Position numbers and translations under genes: made by a program | The notes under the pieces: model-generated | The model's input: only the letters and a program-made list of their open reading frames with translations | Told to the model about the DNA's origin: nothing | The model's database searches: none | Source of the DNA: Smithellaceae bacterium | GTDB taxonomy: Bacteria > Desulfobacterota > Syntrophia > Syntrophales > Smithellaceae | NCBI GenBank assembly: GCA_963667845.2 | Contig: CAXXVL010000002.1 | Location: 3,328,001-3,392,000 of the forward strand | Reading direction: 5' to 3' | DNA length: 64,000 nucleotides | Shown: positions 52,022 through 64,000 of the stretch, piece by piece | Layout: each line of letters opens with the position of its first letter | How positions within the stretch are numbered: position 1 is the stretch's first letter

Positions 52022-53341
52022 ATGAAGAAAAACTTAACTGCACAGTCTTTTTATGCCGGGAAAAATAAAATTGCCGTTATGGGTCTGGGATATGTCGGCT
52101 TGCCGCTGGCGGCGCATTTATCAAAGCATTTCAACGTAATAGGCTTCGATATTAGTGAAGCCAATGTCGCCGAACTGAAAAAAGGCCATGATCGGACAAT
52201 GGAAGTGACCGATGTCGAATTAAAGAAGGCAAACATTCATTTCACATCAAAACCGGCGGAACTCTCCACCTGTAAATTATTCATTGTCGCCGTTCCCACA
52301 CCCGTTGATCATTTTCATGTTCCCGACCTGACCGCCATGGAAAATGCTTCTGCGATTATCGGCAGGCATATGTCAGCCGGGTCTTGCGTTGTATATGAAT
52401 CAACCGTCTATCCGGGCGTAACGGAAGACGTATGCGTTCCCATCCTGGCGCGTGAATCGAAGTTAAAGTTCGGCAGAGATTTTACGGTAGGGTATTCGCC
52501 TGAACGGATCAATCCCGGAGATAAAGTGCATACCGTTGATAATACCGCCAAGATCATTTCCGCTTCCGATTCTGCAACTTTGAATTTACTGGAAGGCATA
52601 TACAGCGCTGTCGTCAAAGTCGGCCTGCACAAGGCATCGTCCATCAAAGTTGCCGAAGCCGCAAAGGTTATTGAAAACACCCAGCGCGATATCAATATTG
52701 CCTTAATGAATGAACTGGCCATTATTTTCAATAAAATGGGCATTGACACTCTCGAAGTCCTTGAGGCTGCAGGCACAAAATGGAACTTCCTCAATTTTCG
52801 ACCGGGCCTGGTTGGCGGGCATTGTATCGGAGTCGATCCTTACTATCTGACCTATAAAGCGGAGAGCATCGGCTACCGGCCGGAAGTCATTCTTTCCGGT
52901 CGAAGAATTAACGACAACATGGGCAAATATGTGGCCGAAAAGACCGTTAAAATGCTTATCGCCGCCGACGTCCAGGTCAAGAAGGCCCGAGTCGCAATTC
53001 TGGGCCTGTCCTTTAAAGAAAATGTTCCTGACTTGCGCAATACGCGGGTCGTAGATATTATTGAAGAGCTGAAAGATTATGGCGTCACCGTTCTGGCGCA
53101 TGATCCGCTCGCCATTCCGGAAGAAGCGCGCAAGCACTGCGGCGTTGAACTTGTGCCCTTGAAAGAAATTAAAGATGTGGATGCCGTTATTCTTGCTGTA
53201 GCCCATCGAGAATATCAGGAATTGGGAATAGAGAGGATATCCTCACTATGCCGGAAAGGCCGGTCGATTCTTCTCGATATTAAGACCGTTTTCACACCGG
53301 ATCAGGCTCGATTGCTAGGCATCAATTATTGGCGTTTATAA
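52022..53341 (+). CDS. UDP-N-acetylhexosamine dehydrogenase (TviB/WbpO-like)
   Basis: [33 protein letters not shown] and [14 protein letters not shown] motifs. Confidence 0.9.
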   Translation: MKKNLTAQSFYAGKNKIAVMGLGYVGLPLAAHLSKHFNVIGFDISEANVAELKKGHDRTMEVTDVELKKANIHFTSKPAELSTCKLFIVAVPTPVDHFHVPDLTAMENASAIIGRHMSAGSCVVYESTVYPGVTEDVCVPILARESKLKFGRDFTVGYSPERINPGDKVHTVDNTAKIISASDSATLNLLEGIYSAVVKVGLHKASSIKVAEAAKVIENTQRDINIALMNELAIIFNKMGIDTLEVLEAAGTKWNFLNFRPGLVGGHCIGVDPYYLTYKAESIGYRPEVILSGRRINDNMGKYVAEKTVKMLIAADVQVKKARVAILGLSFKENVPDLRNTRVVDIIEELKDYGVTVLAHDPLAIPEEARKHCGVELVPLKEIKDVDAVILAVAHREYQELGIERISSLCRKGRSILLDIKTVFTPDQARLLGINYWRL

Positions 53342-53363
53342 AACGCTCACATTGGGAGTCAAT

Positions 53364-55366
<2,003 letters not shown>

Positions 55367-55429
55367 TGAACGGCGGTCATGTTTTTGATTGACTTTGTCA
55401 TGAGCGCATGTTAAGGAGCGCATCACTAA

Positions 55430-55714
55430 ATGGATAGCGAAACCAAAAAATTGAGCATCCAGATGGCATTTGCCAGCAGCATTGGAATCGCTATGGTTCT
55501 GGCGATTTTTGGTTGCCTCCTTTTAGGAAGTTATTTGGATCGTAAGTTCGATTCCGGTCATGTATTCACAGTTGTTTTCCTGTTGATCGGGATTTCAGCC
55601 GGGTTTCGAAACATTTATGTTTTGATTAAGAAAAATTTCAAGGATGACGAATCCATCATAAAGAGTTTGAAAAGTGAACCTCATCGTCAAAGACCCGCTC
55701 CAAAAAAGACTTGA
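55430..55714 (+). CDS. AtpZ/AtpI family small membrane protein
   Basis: Two TM helices with G.YLDR motif; first gene of the Fo operon. Promoter-like TTGACT-N17-TAAGGA at 55389-55417. Confidence 0.85.
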   Translation: MDSETKKLSIQMAFASSIGIAMVLAIFGCLLLGSYLDRKFDSGHVFTVVFLLIGISAGFRNIYVLIKKNFKDDESIIKSLKSEPHRQRPAPKKT

Positions 55715-56069
55715 AATTGCCAACTGGATTATTCTGGCGATTCTTTTTATCCCTTCTCTTATTTTTGCTCCGATAAAATTTTCTTTAGGCGTTCTACTGG
55801 GCGGTTTTATCAGTATCCTGAATTTCTACGGTATGGAATTCGGATTGCGCAGTCTTTTCAAGAATCCGTCCGGCAATGTCAAACGGCCGACCATGATCAA
55901 ATACTACATTCGCCTGGCCCTGACGGCTGTTGTTTTATTCTTTTTGATTTCCGCCGATACTGTCAATGTCATCGGCCTGATTTTTGGACTTTCCGTGGTA
56001 GTCATCAACATCATTTTCACGGTGATCACTACCCTGGCAAAAAAAAACTTTATTGAGGAGGTTAGTTAG
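55674..56069 (+). CDS. atpI: ATP synthase subunit I
   Basis: Four TM helices with LGG...LN and GLS motifs; upstream of atpB. Confidence 0.82.
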   Translation: MNLIVKDPLQKRLEIANWIILAILFIPSLIFAPIKFSLGVLLGGFISILNFYGMEFGLRSLFKNPSGNVKRPTMIKYYIRLALTAVVLFFLISADTVNVIGLIFGLSVVVINIIFTVITTLAKKNFIEEVS

Positions 56070-56075
56070 AAACAA

Positions 56076-56747
56076 ATGGAACCCCTAATATTCTTCCACA
56101 CGACTTGGCTCAAAGATGTGGGCATTAATATGACCATTGTTTTCAATACATTGTTTATCGTTCTCCTGCTTTCCGTGCTTTCATTCCTGGCCACCAGGCG
56201 CCTGCAAGTTTATCCGGGCCGCCTGCAAAATGTCATGGAGGTCATCATTGACGGCTTTCATTCATTATTGCTCGACACAATGGGGCATGCCGGAAAAAAA
56301 TTCTTTCCCCTGATCGCTACCCTGGGACTGTTCATTCTGACCTCCAACCTGGTGGGAATCATTCCGGGATTTGAATCCCCGACGGCCAACATCAATACAA
56401 ACCTCGCCATGGCTCTGGTCGTTTTCTTCTCGACACACGTCGTCGGTATCATGACCCACGGTTTCAAGTACGTGAAACAGTTCCTGGGCCCTGTCTGGTG
56501 GTTGATTCCCCTGATGCTGCCGATCGAAGTGATCAGCCATCTGTCACGGCCGTTGTCGCTGACCTTCCGGTTATTTGGTAATATCGCAGGTGAAGACATC
56601 GTTCTGCTCGTCGTCCTGCTTCTGGTACCGCTGCTGGTTCCGCTGCCCATCATGGTTCTGATGATTTTCACGTCGATTGTCCAGACGCTGGTTTTCATGC
56701 TCCTGGCCATGATGTATATCGGCGGTGCAATGGAAGAAGGCCATTAA
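56076..56747 (+). CDS. atpB: ATP synthase Fo subunit a
   Basis: [21 protein letters not shown] and Q..VF..L...Y motifs. Confidence 0.97.
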   Translation: MEPLIFFHTTWLKDVGINMTIVFNTLFIVLLLSVLSFLATRRLQVYPGRLQNVMEVIIDGFHSLLLDTMGHAGKKFFPLIATLGLFILTSNLVGIIPGFESPTANINTNLAMALVVFFSTHVVGIMTHGFKYVKQFLGPVWWLIPLMLPIEVISHLSRPLSLTFRLFGNIAGEDIVLLVVLLLVPLLVPLPIMVLMIFTSIVQTLVFMLLAMMYIGGAMEEGH

Positions 56748-56809
56748 TAACAACTTGCGTTCGTGAGCAACGAAGATTGTTCCGAACGGCACTCCCTGCA
56801 ATTGAAACT

Positions 56810-56848
56810 AAAGCAGCTGACGGCACCCGCTATCAGCTGCTTTTTTTT
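56810..56848 (+). terminator. Rho-independent terminator after atpB
   Basis: AAAGCAGCTGA / TCAGCTGC stem followed by T8. Confidence 0.85.
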
Positions 56849-56968
56849 CGGTCCAATCTGTCCGGGGAATTGTCTTCTGAAGTTATTTATGAATTATGGT
56901 ATCTGATGCTTGACGACGCGGTGCAATCGTAATATTGACCATGCGGATAATATTTTAAGGGAGTTCTT

Positions 56969-59900
56969 ATGTATAGCCTGGGAATCAATATCGGCTCTTC
57001 AAATGTTAAGGTAGCCATGCTTGACGGAAGTCAGCTCCTATGGAGTGCCGTGGAACCGCACGAAGGCAATTTTCTCGATACACTCAAAAAAATTCTCTCT
57101 AAACGCGAATTGCCCAAAGACGTCAAAGCGCTGTCCACAGGCACGGAAGGCCGTCATCTGTTAAATATGAACAGCGTCATCGAACCGCTGTGCATCGAAG
57201 AAGCGCTGCAAAAACTCAATGATCAGATTGACGCGCTGGTCTCTCTGGGCGGCGAAGATCTCGTTGTCTACACCCTGGATAAAAGCAACAAGATTATCAC
57301 CAGCTTTTCCGGCAACAAGTGCGCTTCGGGCACCGGTGAATTTTTCAAACAACAGCTTGCGCGGATGAACATGAAACTTGCGGATATTAATAACATTCCC
57401 AAAAACAGCTGCGCTTTGAAGCTCTCTTCACGCTGTTCTGTTTTCATGAAAAGCGATTGCACGCACCGCCTCAATAAAGGTGAAGCCAATACGGGCGATA
57501 TCGTTTTATCTCTGAGCGACGTGATGGCGATCAAAGTCATCGACTTTCTGAAAAGAGCCAGAATCGAAAAAGGGAAAGTCCTGCTGGTCGGCGGTGTAAC
57601 ACAGAATCAGTACATTCTGCGCTACATCCGTGAACGCATGCCGCAAATTGAATTTGTTGTTCCCGACCAGGCGCCCTATTTTGAAGCCTATGGCGCGGCC
57701 CTGATGGCGGAAACATCCGGCAGCAGTTTACCGCCCCTCAGCGCCTTGTTCAAAAGCAGCCATATTCAATTTAAAAGATTCAAAAGCCTGCAGACCGCAG
57801 AAGGCAGAGTCACCTACCTGCCTTCACAAAAAGGAAAAGTGGCCGCCGGCCACGAATATATTCTCGGCGTCGACGGCGGATCCACCACGACGAAAGCCTG
57901 CCTCATCGACATCGAAACCAATGAAGTCACTGCCTCGTTCTATGGGCGCACGCATGGTGATCCGGTCAGTGCGCTCAAAAATTGCCTGGTAGAGATGAAA
58001 ACACAGATCCGTGAAGACATCGGCGACGGTAAAATCAGCATCACGCTGGCTTCCACAACCGGCTCCTCCCGTGAGATCCTCGGCGTCTTTCTGGAAACAC
58101 CCGCCGTGTACAATGAAATCATTGCGCACGCCGTCGGCACATCGTTCTACCGCGATAATATCGATACCATTTTTGAAATCGGCGGCCAGGACGCCAAGTA
58201 TGTTTCGCTGAAGAACAAGGTCCCGATTGATTATGCCATGAACGAAGCCTGTTCCGCGGGAACCGGATCTTTTCTGGAGGAATCGGCGCAGGGTGATCTG
58301 AATATTCCGGAGGCCGCTCTGATCGGCGACATTGCGCTCGCAGCCCGGAAACCCCTGAAATTCGGCGAGCACTGTTCCGCGTTCATTAATTCCGACATCC
58401 GCAACGCCATCCAGCAGGGCGCCTCCCGCGAGGATATTACGGCCGGTATCGTGACCTCCATCGTATCGAATTACCTTAATCGCGTTGTCGGAAACCGGAC
58501 CATCGGCAAAAATATTGTCCTGCAGGGCGGCGTTGCCAAAAACAAAGCCGTTCCGCTGGCCTTCGCCATGCTTTTGGACAAGGACATTCTCGTGCCGCCC
58601 GATCCCGAGCTCATGGGTTGCTTCGGCGTGGGGATTCTGGCCAAACAAAAACTGACTGACGGATTCCTGACCAAGACCGCGTATGATTTGGATCAAATTC
58701 TCGCAACAAGCATTGTCTACGAAAAAGAATTTCAATGTAAGGCCTGTGATAATTTCTGTCCGATCCGCATCCTCAATGTCAACGGACATAAATACATGTT
58801 CGGCGGGCGCTGTAACAAGTATGCCAATATCCGGAAAAAGAAAGTCTTCAATGAAGCCGAAGTCGTAGATTATGTCGAAAAGCGCAACGAAATTCTCTTT
58901 AAAGAATGCGCGCCCAACTCCGAGGAGCTCGTCAAGAAGAAACCGTTTGTGGTGGGGATACCCCGCTGTTTCTCCATTTACACGCTCTGGCCTCTCTATG
59001 CCTGGTTCTTCCATTCCCTGGGCATCGAAACATTTGTCTCGGAAGAGATTTCCCACGAGGGAACGGCGCGCGTGGAGAGCAGCTACTGCTTCCCTGCCGA
59101 AATCGCGCACGGGGCCGTCCAGGATATTTTCAACCGCAAAATCGATTACATTTTCCTGCCGCATTTCCGCGACATGGAAAGCTATGAGAAAAATGCGCCG
59201 GCCAATTTCTGCCCGATCACGCAGAGCCTGCCCTATTACATCAAGAAAGCCTTTCCGGAAATCCCGGATGAAAAATACCTGGCGCCGGTGGTCAGCTTCA
59301 TGTACGGAACGGAAAAAGCCGCCGAACCTTTTATCGCCATGGCCGCGAAGCTGGGGGTCAGTGAAAATGACGCCCGGAATGCTTTTGCGGTTGCTTACGA
59401 AAAGCAGATGGAATGCTTCACCAGGTTTACCGCATTGGGCACGGAGGCGCTCGAAGAGGCGCGGAAATCCAAACGGCCCGTTATCGCGATTCTGGGGCGT
59501 CCCTATAATTCATTCACCACTGACGCGAATATGGGTATCCCCCGGAAATACACGTCCCGCGGCTATTCGATAATTCCTTTTGACATTCTGCCGTTTGCCG
59601 ATCAGGCCATTTATCCCAACATGTACTGGTATTATGGCCAGCAGGACATGAAAGCCGGCATGCTGCTAAAGGATGAAGGCAACATTTTTATCACTTACAT
59701 TTCCAACTTCTCCTGCGCACCCGATTCCTTCATGCTGCATTATCTAAAATGGATCATGGGCATCAAACCCTTCCTGATTCTGGAGCTGGATTCCCATACC
59801 GCCGACGCCGGCGTGGATACCCGCATCGAGGCGTTCCTCGACATCATCGAGGGGTATCGTTCCAAACTCACGGATATCAAGGAAGAACGGTATGATAATG

Positions 59901-61279
59901 GTCTGCGCTTTATCAACCAGCCCGGCGAAGATATTCACATCAAAAATAATATAACCGGCGAAAAGATACCCATTAAGAATAATCCCCGAGTTAAACTGCT
60001 TTTATCCAACATGGGCAGGCTCTCAGCAGAATTGATCGGCGCGACGATCCGGGGTCTGGGCATCAACGCGCAAGCCATGCCTGTCCCGGATATTTACACC
60101 CTGCAGCTGGCGCGCAATCACGCGTCCGGCAAAGAATGTCTGCCGTCGCATCTGGTTCTGGGCAGCGCGCTCAAATATTTATCCTCCGACCAGTACCGCA
60201 AGGATGAAATCTATATCCTCTTTGTTCCCACCACCACCGGACCGTGCCGGACCGGCCAGTACTTTGTCTTCTACGAAAACCTTTTCAAGGATTTGCGCCT
60301 CGAAAATGTGGTGGTCTTCACGATGGATTCGGATAACTCCTATACCGAACTGGGGTCTCAATTCACCAAGTATGCCTGGTGGGCGGCCGTTATCGGCGAC
60401 TATATGAAAGACGTTGAAACATCCCTCAGAACGTGCGCTGCCGATCCGATTGACGCCATGAAGATATATGATCAGATCTGGCAGAAGATGATCCGCGTGG
60501 CCGAACAGGACATCACCAGAGTTCTGCCGGTTCTAAAGGATATTGCCGATACGATTTCGAAAATTCCTCTCGCCAGGAAAATGGAAGACTGTCCAAAAGT
60601 ATTGATCGTCGGAGAAATTTATGTCCGGCGCGATGATTTCGCGGTCGATGAGTTGATTCAGCAGTTCAGCAAGCACGGTATCGTCGGCAAGGTATCGAAT
60701 GTCGTCGAATGGTTTTACTATTGCGACTTTGTCCGGCATTATGAACTCAAGAAGAGACTGGGCCTGGTGCCTTGGTACCGTCGTGTTTTTGCCCGGGAGT
60801 TCCGGGACATCATCGACTGGAAAATAGAACATATCTATAAAAAGAATGTGGAAAAGAATATCCGCAATACCCTGGAGTCAACAGGCCTCGTCCCGCATAC
60901 ACCTCACGATATGAATGCCATCATGCAAAACACTGAAAAACATTTCGTCGGCCTGGAGTTGTATTCTGAAATCAGCATTTCCAGCGGCGTCGCCGCGACG
61001 GCCATGATGGACGGCTATTCGGGCATCGTCAACATCTCGCCGTTCGCCTGTCTGATCGGCCGCGTGATCGAAGGACTTTTCACGCCCTGGGCCAGAGAAA
61101 GAAAATATCCGGCCATCTCCATCGAAATCGACGGCAACCTTCTGCCTCCTAATGTACTTTCCAAGCTGGAAATCTTCATGCTGAACGTCAAGCGCTTTCG
61201 CGGAAAAGGCGACAACCATTCCATGGTGGAACGAAACGGCACCCAGTCTGCCGTCATCGATCGTAAGATCATCCGCTGA
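56969..61279 (+). CDS. Multidomain 2-hydroxyacyl-CoA dehydratase activase-type protein (two ASKHA ATPase domains plus DUF2229/dehydratase-like domains)
   Basis: GINIGSS/GVDGGSTTTK, CASGTG/CSAGTG, CSVF/CSAF, CKACDNFC..GGRC, NFSCAPD and SPFAC motifs; 1436 aa. Confidence 0.88.
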   Translation: MYSLGINIGSSNVKVAMLDGSQLLWSAVEPHEGNFLDTLKKILSKRELPKDVKALSTGTEGRHLLNMNSVIEPLCIEEALQKLNDQIDALVSLGGEDLVVYTLDKSNKIITSFSGNKCASGTGEFFKQQLARMNMKLADINNIPKNSCALKLSSRCSVFMKSDCTHRLNKGEANTGDIVLSLSDVMAIKVIDFLKRARIEKGKVLLVGGVTQNQYILRYIRERMPQIEFVVPDQAPYFEAYGAALMAETSGSSLPPLSALFKSSHIQFKRFKSLQTAEGRVTYLPSQKGKVAAGHEYILGVDGGSTTTKACLIDIETNEVTASFYGRTHGDPVSALKNCLVEMKTQIREDIGDGKISITLASTTGSSREILGVFLETPAVYNEIIAHAVGTSFYRDNIDTIFEIGGQDAKYVSLKNKVPIDYAMNEACSAGTGSFLEESAQGDLNIPEAALIGDIALAARKPLKFGEHCSAFINSDIRNAIQQGASREDITAGIVTSIVSNYLNRVVGNRTIGKNIVLQGGVAKNKAVPLAFAMLLDKDILVPPDPELMGCFGVGILAKQKLTDGFLTKTAYDLDQILATSIVYEKEFQCKACDNFCPIRILNVNGHKYMFGGRCNKYANIRKKKVFNEAEVVDYVEKRNEILFKECAPNSEELVKKKPFVVGIPRCFSIYTLWPLYAWFFHSLGIETFVSEEISHEGTARVESSYCFPAEIAHGAVQDIFNRKIDYIFLPHFRDMESYEKNAPANFCPITQSLPYYIKKAFPEIPDEKYLAPVVSFMYGTEKAAEPFIAMAAKLGVSENDARNAFAVAYEKQMECFTRFTALGTEALEEARKSKRPVIAILGRPYNSFTTDANMGIPRKYTSRGYSIIPFDILPFADQAIYPNMYWYYGQQDMKAGMLLKDEGNIFITYISNFSCAPDSFMLHYLKWIMGIKPFLILELDSHTADAGVDTRIEAFLDIIEGYRSKLTDIKEERYDNGLRFINQPGEDIHIKNNITGEKIPIKNNPRVKLLLSNMGRLSAELIGATIRGLGINAQAMPVPDIYTLQLARNHASGKECLPSHLVLGSALKYLSSDQYRKDEIYILFVPTTTGPCRTGQYFVFYENLFKDLRLENVVVFTMDSDNSYTELGSQFTKYAWWAAVIGDYMKDVETSLRTCAADPIDAMKIYDQIWQKMIRVAEQDITRVLPVLKDIADTISKIPLARKMEDCPKVLIVGEIYVRRDDFAVDELIQQFSKHGIVGKVSNVVEWFYYCDFVRHYELKKRLGLVPWYRRVFAREFRDIIDWKIEHIYKKNVEKNIRNTLESTGLVPHTPHDMNAIMQNTEKHFVGLELYSEISISSGVAATAMMDGYSGIVNISPFACLIGRVIEGLFTPWARERKYPAISIEIDGNLLPPNVLSKLEIFMLNVKRFRGKGDNHSMVERNGTQSAVIDRKIIR

Positions 61280-61290
61280 ATCCAAATAAA

Positions 61291-61325
61291 AAGACCTCCC
61301 TCGTCATCTGCACGGGGGAGGTCTT
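61291..61325. terminator. Bidirectional terminator between the activase and MFS genes
   Basis: AAGACCTCCCTCGT / ACGGGGGAGGTCTT inverted repeat. Confidence 0.75.
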
Positions 61326-61359
61326 CTTACCAAACTCTTCAAGATGATCTTCTACTGCC

Positions 61360-62595
61360 TTAGGCCTTATTTGGCGTTTTAAGCAGAATAGCCGCCAGCA
61401 CCAGACCGACAATCGCCAGGACTGCGGTAGGATAAAAGGCAACGGTGTATGTTCCGAATACGTCTTTGGCCTGACCGGAAATGATACCGCCGACAATCGC
61501 ACCCACTCCATAAGCAAAGAACACGACGCCATAATTGCGGGCGTAATTCTTCATACCAAAGAATGTCGCCGTAGCCGTGGGAGCGATCGCCAGCCAGCCG
61601 CCGAGACACAGCCAGAAGCCGATAAAACTGATCGTGTAAAGCCCGGTATCACCTTCTTTAGCGAAAATCATGATGATCGAAACGATCAGAATCATAATCA
61701 GGTTGAGAATTGCCGCATTGCGAGGTTTAATCTTGTCCGTAAGAAAGCCGAACAGCGGTCGACCGGCGGCATTGAAGATTGCAAATACGCCGACAAGCGT
61801 AGCGGCGGTCTCACTGGAAACTTTAATGATTTCGTTACCGACCGGTTTGGAAATACCGATCGCCATCAAACCGGCAATCGAACCAATGATAAAGCACAAA
61901 AACAATCCCCAGTATGATCCGGTTTTCACCATCTCGCCCGGGGTGAAATCCGCCGGTGCAACCGCTCCCGGAGCAGGTTTCCAGCCGGCAGGCGCAAAGC
62001 CGGCAGCGGGGAATCGGAACGGCAGACTTAAGACAACCAGGATAATACCGAATACAATTCCAAAAGACATAAAGGTTGCAGGCAGGCCGACCGACGGAAT
62101 CATGGCGTTGGCAATCTTGCCTGTTATCAGGGCGGATCCGCCGAAACCGGCCAGCATCAGGCCGACTGCCAGACCCTTTTTATCCGGAAACCACTTTGCG
62201 CCCATGGAAACGGGGCAGCCATAGACCAGGCCGACGCCCGATCCCGCGATGACGCCGTACGTAAATGTCAGCATCCAGATGCTGGAGGCAAAACTGGACA
62301 AGAGCCAGCCCAGACCCACGATGACGCCGCCGATGATCCCCATTTTGCGCGGCCCCATCCTTTCCATTAATCGACCGCCGAAAAACATCAGAACGGCGAA
62401 GAACGCCAGAAAAACCATAAAAGGCAAATTCGCCTGAAAGGCTGAAACACCGGGGAATGCGTCTCTAACCGGCTTCAAAAAAATGCTGTAGGCATAAACA
62501 GCTCCCAGACACACATTCATGATCAATCCCAGAATCACAAAAATCCATCTGCCGCTTGCGGCAGGCATACCAAAAACATTATCATCAGAACTCAT
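61360..62595 (-). CDS. MFS transporter, oxalate/formate antiporter (OFA)/monocarboxylate family
   Basis: About 12 TM helices; LG.VYAYSIF, KWFPDKKGLAVG, FN..GR and FFG.KN...NYG motifs. Confidence 0.9.
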   Translation of the reverse strand: MSSDDNVFGMPAASGRWIFVILGLIMNVCLGAVYAYSIFLKPVRDAFPGVSAFQANLPFMVFLAFFAVLMFFGGRLMERMGPRKMGIIGGVIVGLGWLLSSFASSIWMLTFTYGVIAGSGVGLVYGCPVSMGAKWFPDKKGLAVGLMLAGFGGSALITGKIANAMIPSVGLPATFMSFGIVFGIILVVLSLPFRFPAAGFAPAGWKPAPGAVAPADFTPGEMVKTGSYWGLFLCFIIGSIAGLMAIGISKPVGNEIIKVSSETAATLVGVFAIFNAAGRPLFGFLTDKIKPRNAAILNLIMILIVSIIMIFAKEGDTGLYTISFIGFWLCLGGWLAIAPTATATFFGMKNYARNYGVVFFAYGVGAIVGGIISGQAKDVFGTYTVAFYPTAVLAIVGLVLAAILLKTPNKA

Positions 62596-62726
62596 GAAGT
62601 ACCCCCCTGTATAATTAGAAAATATTTCGATGTTGCGCTTTTATAGGTTTATATTTCAAGAGTCAATAAAAATGTCTTCAATTTGCTATAAAAATTCATC
62701 ATTAACAATTGACCGTTTTATGGTAA

Positions 62727-63371
62727 ATGACAGTTACAAAAATCGAGGTGCAAACGTTGGGAGATAAAAAAATAAATGCGACCGGTATTGTTCTCGCAGG
62801 CGGCAAAAACACACGCATGGGCGAGAATAAGGCATTTCTGGAAATAGACGGCGAGCGGTTGATTAATAGAACCCTGGCCATCTTCGGACAGATTTTTTCC
62901 GAGATCATCATTGTGACAAACGATCCGCTTTCCTATACTGAATTTGCGGACGCTGCCATCGTTACGGATATATACAAAGGGAAAGGTCCGCTCGGGGGAA
63001 TCTATACCGGTTTGTTTTATTCCAAAAACGATTACGCTTTCGTCTGCCCCTGCGACATGCCTTTTCTCAATAAAGGCTTCGTTGAATATCTTCTTGCACG
63101 GACGGGAAAATATGACGTGATCGTCCCGGAAACTGTCGAAGGCTATCAACCCCTGCATGCGGTTTATTCGCGCAATTGTCTTCCTTCAATTAAAAGGCTT
63201 CTGTTGATGGATAAACTCAAGATCACCGGATTTTATCGGGACATGCGGGTTCTCGCAATCAGCGAAGAGCAGATTCGTCCTTTTAATGAAGATAGCCGTC
63301 TTTTTCAGAATCTGAACACGCCGGAGGAGCTGGAAAAGGTTCAAGGTACAGGGCCCAAGGAACAAGGTTAA
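62727..63371 (+). CDS. mobA: Molybdenum cofactor guanylyltransferase
   Basis: LAGG...RMG.NKA, GPLGGI, CDMPF and NLNTPE motifs. Confidence 0.94.
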   Translation: MTVTKIEVQTLGDKKINATGIVLAGGKNTRMGENKAFLEIDGERLINRTLAIFGQIFSEIIIVTNDPLSYTEFADAAIVTDIYKGKGPLGGIYTGLFYSKNDYAFVCPCDMPFLNKGFVEYLLARTGKYDVIVPETVEGYQPLHAVYSRNCLPSIKRLLLMDKLKITGFYRDMRVLAISEEQIRPFNEDSRLFQNLNTPEELEKVQGTGPKEQG

Positions 63372-63686
63372 ATACTCGCATTTTTTCCTTGAACCTTTCA
63401 CCTTGTTCCTCCCCGACGGAATTCCCGGTTACATCATCTTCGTGCGCCGGAACGTTCCAGATTAATCTGCAAGCGTCTGCATGCAATAACTTCACTCTCT
63501 CATCGGTCCTTTACGTGACCGACGGCAATATCAACACGTTGGAGTTTTTCCCAGGAATCCTTGTCTTTTTAAAGGCATTTGGATGACAACTCTTTGAATA
63601 TTGGATCTTTTATTCCTTGCACAAAATGTACGCACAAAAGTCCTTGACAGCGCCGTTGTGGTGATGTAGGTCTTTTTCATTTTTCA

Positions 63687-63704
63687 TGAATGAATGTTCA
63701 TTCA
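63687..63704. promoter_or_regulatory. Palindromic TetR-type operator TGAATGAA-TG-TTCATTCA
   Basis: Perfect 8-bp inverted repeat between a TTGACA promoter element (63644) and the TetR start. Confidence 0.75.
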
Positions 63705-63725
63705 CGACCAGGGGGGGGGAACAGA

Positions 63726-64000
63726 ATGATGACGAATTCCGATAGACGCTCTGATATCATACAGGCGGCACTGGAACTCATTGCCGACCGGGGTTTTCAC
63801 GACGCTCCCATGTCCGAGATCGCCGACAAGGCTCACGTGGCCGCCGGAACGATCTACCGGTATTTCGAAAATAAAGACGTGCTTATAAACGCGTTGTTCC
63901 AGGAAATTGAAGACGAGCTGATGGACACTCTTCTTGCTCATTACCCGCTGGGAAAGCCTGTTAAAGAACAATTTTTCCATGTATTCGGTGAGCTCTGCCG
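63726..64000 (+). CDS. TetR/AcrR family regulator (3'-truncated by the window edge)
   Basis: Manual translation MMTNSDRRSDIIQAALELIADRGFHDAPMSEIADKAHVAAGTIYRYFENKDVL shows a TetR helix-turn-helix. Not in the ORF track. Confidence 0.93.
   Translation, partial: MMTNSDRRSDIIQAALELIADRGFHDAPMSEIADKAHVAAGTIYRYFENKDVLINALFQEIEDELMDTLLAHYPLGKPVKEQFFHVFGELC

Noticed and set aside
57824..59164. 446-aa minus-strand ORF (similarly 46165-47127, 6317-7084, 8969-9697)
   Set aside because: These are antisense shadows of well-supported genes and carry no recognisable motifs.
63283..63600. Small ORFs or gene debris between mobA and the TetR gene
   Set aside because: Frames are short, partly overlap mobA and show no recognisable homology.

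Overview
This is a chromosomal window from an anaerobic deltaproteobacterium-type organism. Syntrophales/Smithella-like is my inference from gene content and protein style; no database check was done. Most of it is housekeeping: ssrA/smpB/ttcA, eno, plsB, PTS genes, tRNA-Val-thrS-infC-rpmI-rplT-pheST-ihfA, ffh-rpsP-khpA-rimM-trmD-rplS-rnhB, argS, ribD, a 2-oxoacid:ferredoxin oxidoreductase operon, hemL and Fo ATPase genes. The left edge holds the 3' end of a tyrosine integrase with arm-type repeats next to the tmRNA 3' end, which looks like the border of an integrated element lying outside the window. The most notable signal is a GEMM-I cyclic-dinucleotide riboswitch with A at the position equivalent to G20, the 3',3'-cGAMP-type signature. 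It sits in front of a pilD-minor pilin-PilY1 operon. Other oddities: a NusG paralog heading the oxidoreductase operon rather than a polysaccharide cluster, atpE detached from atpB, two nucleotide-sugar cassettes (one with a eukaryote-type UDP-glucose dehydrogenase) inside housekeeping gene strings, a lipoprotein gene with an in-frame TGA, an ATA-initiated infC, and a small hairpin element flanked by 7-bp direct repeats. No CRISPR array or rRNA gene was seen.
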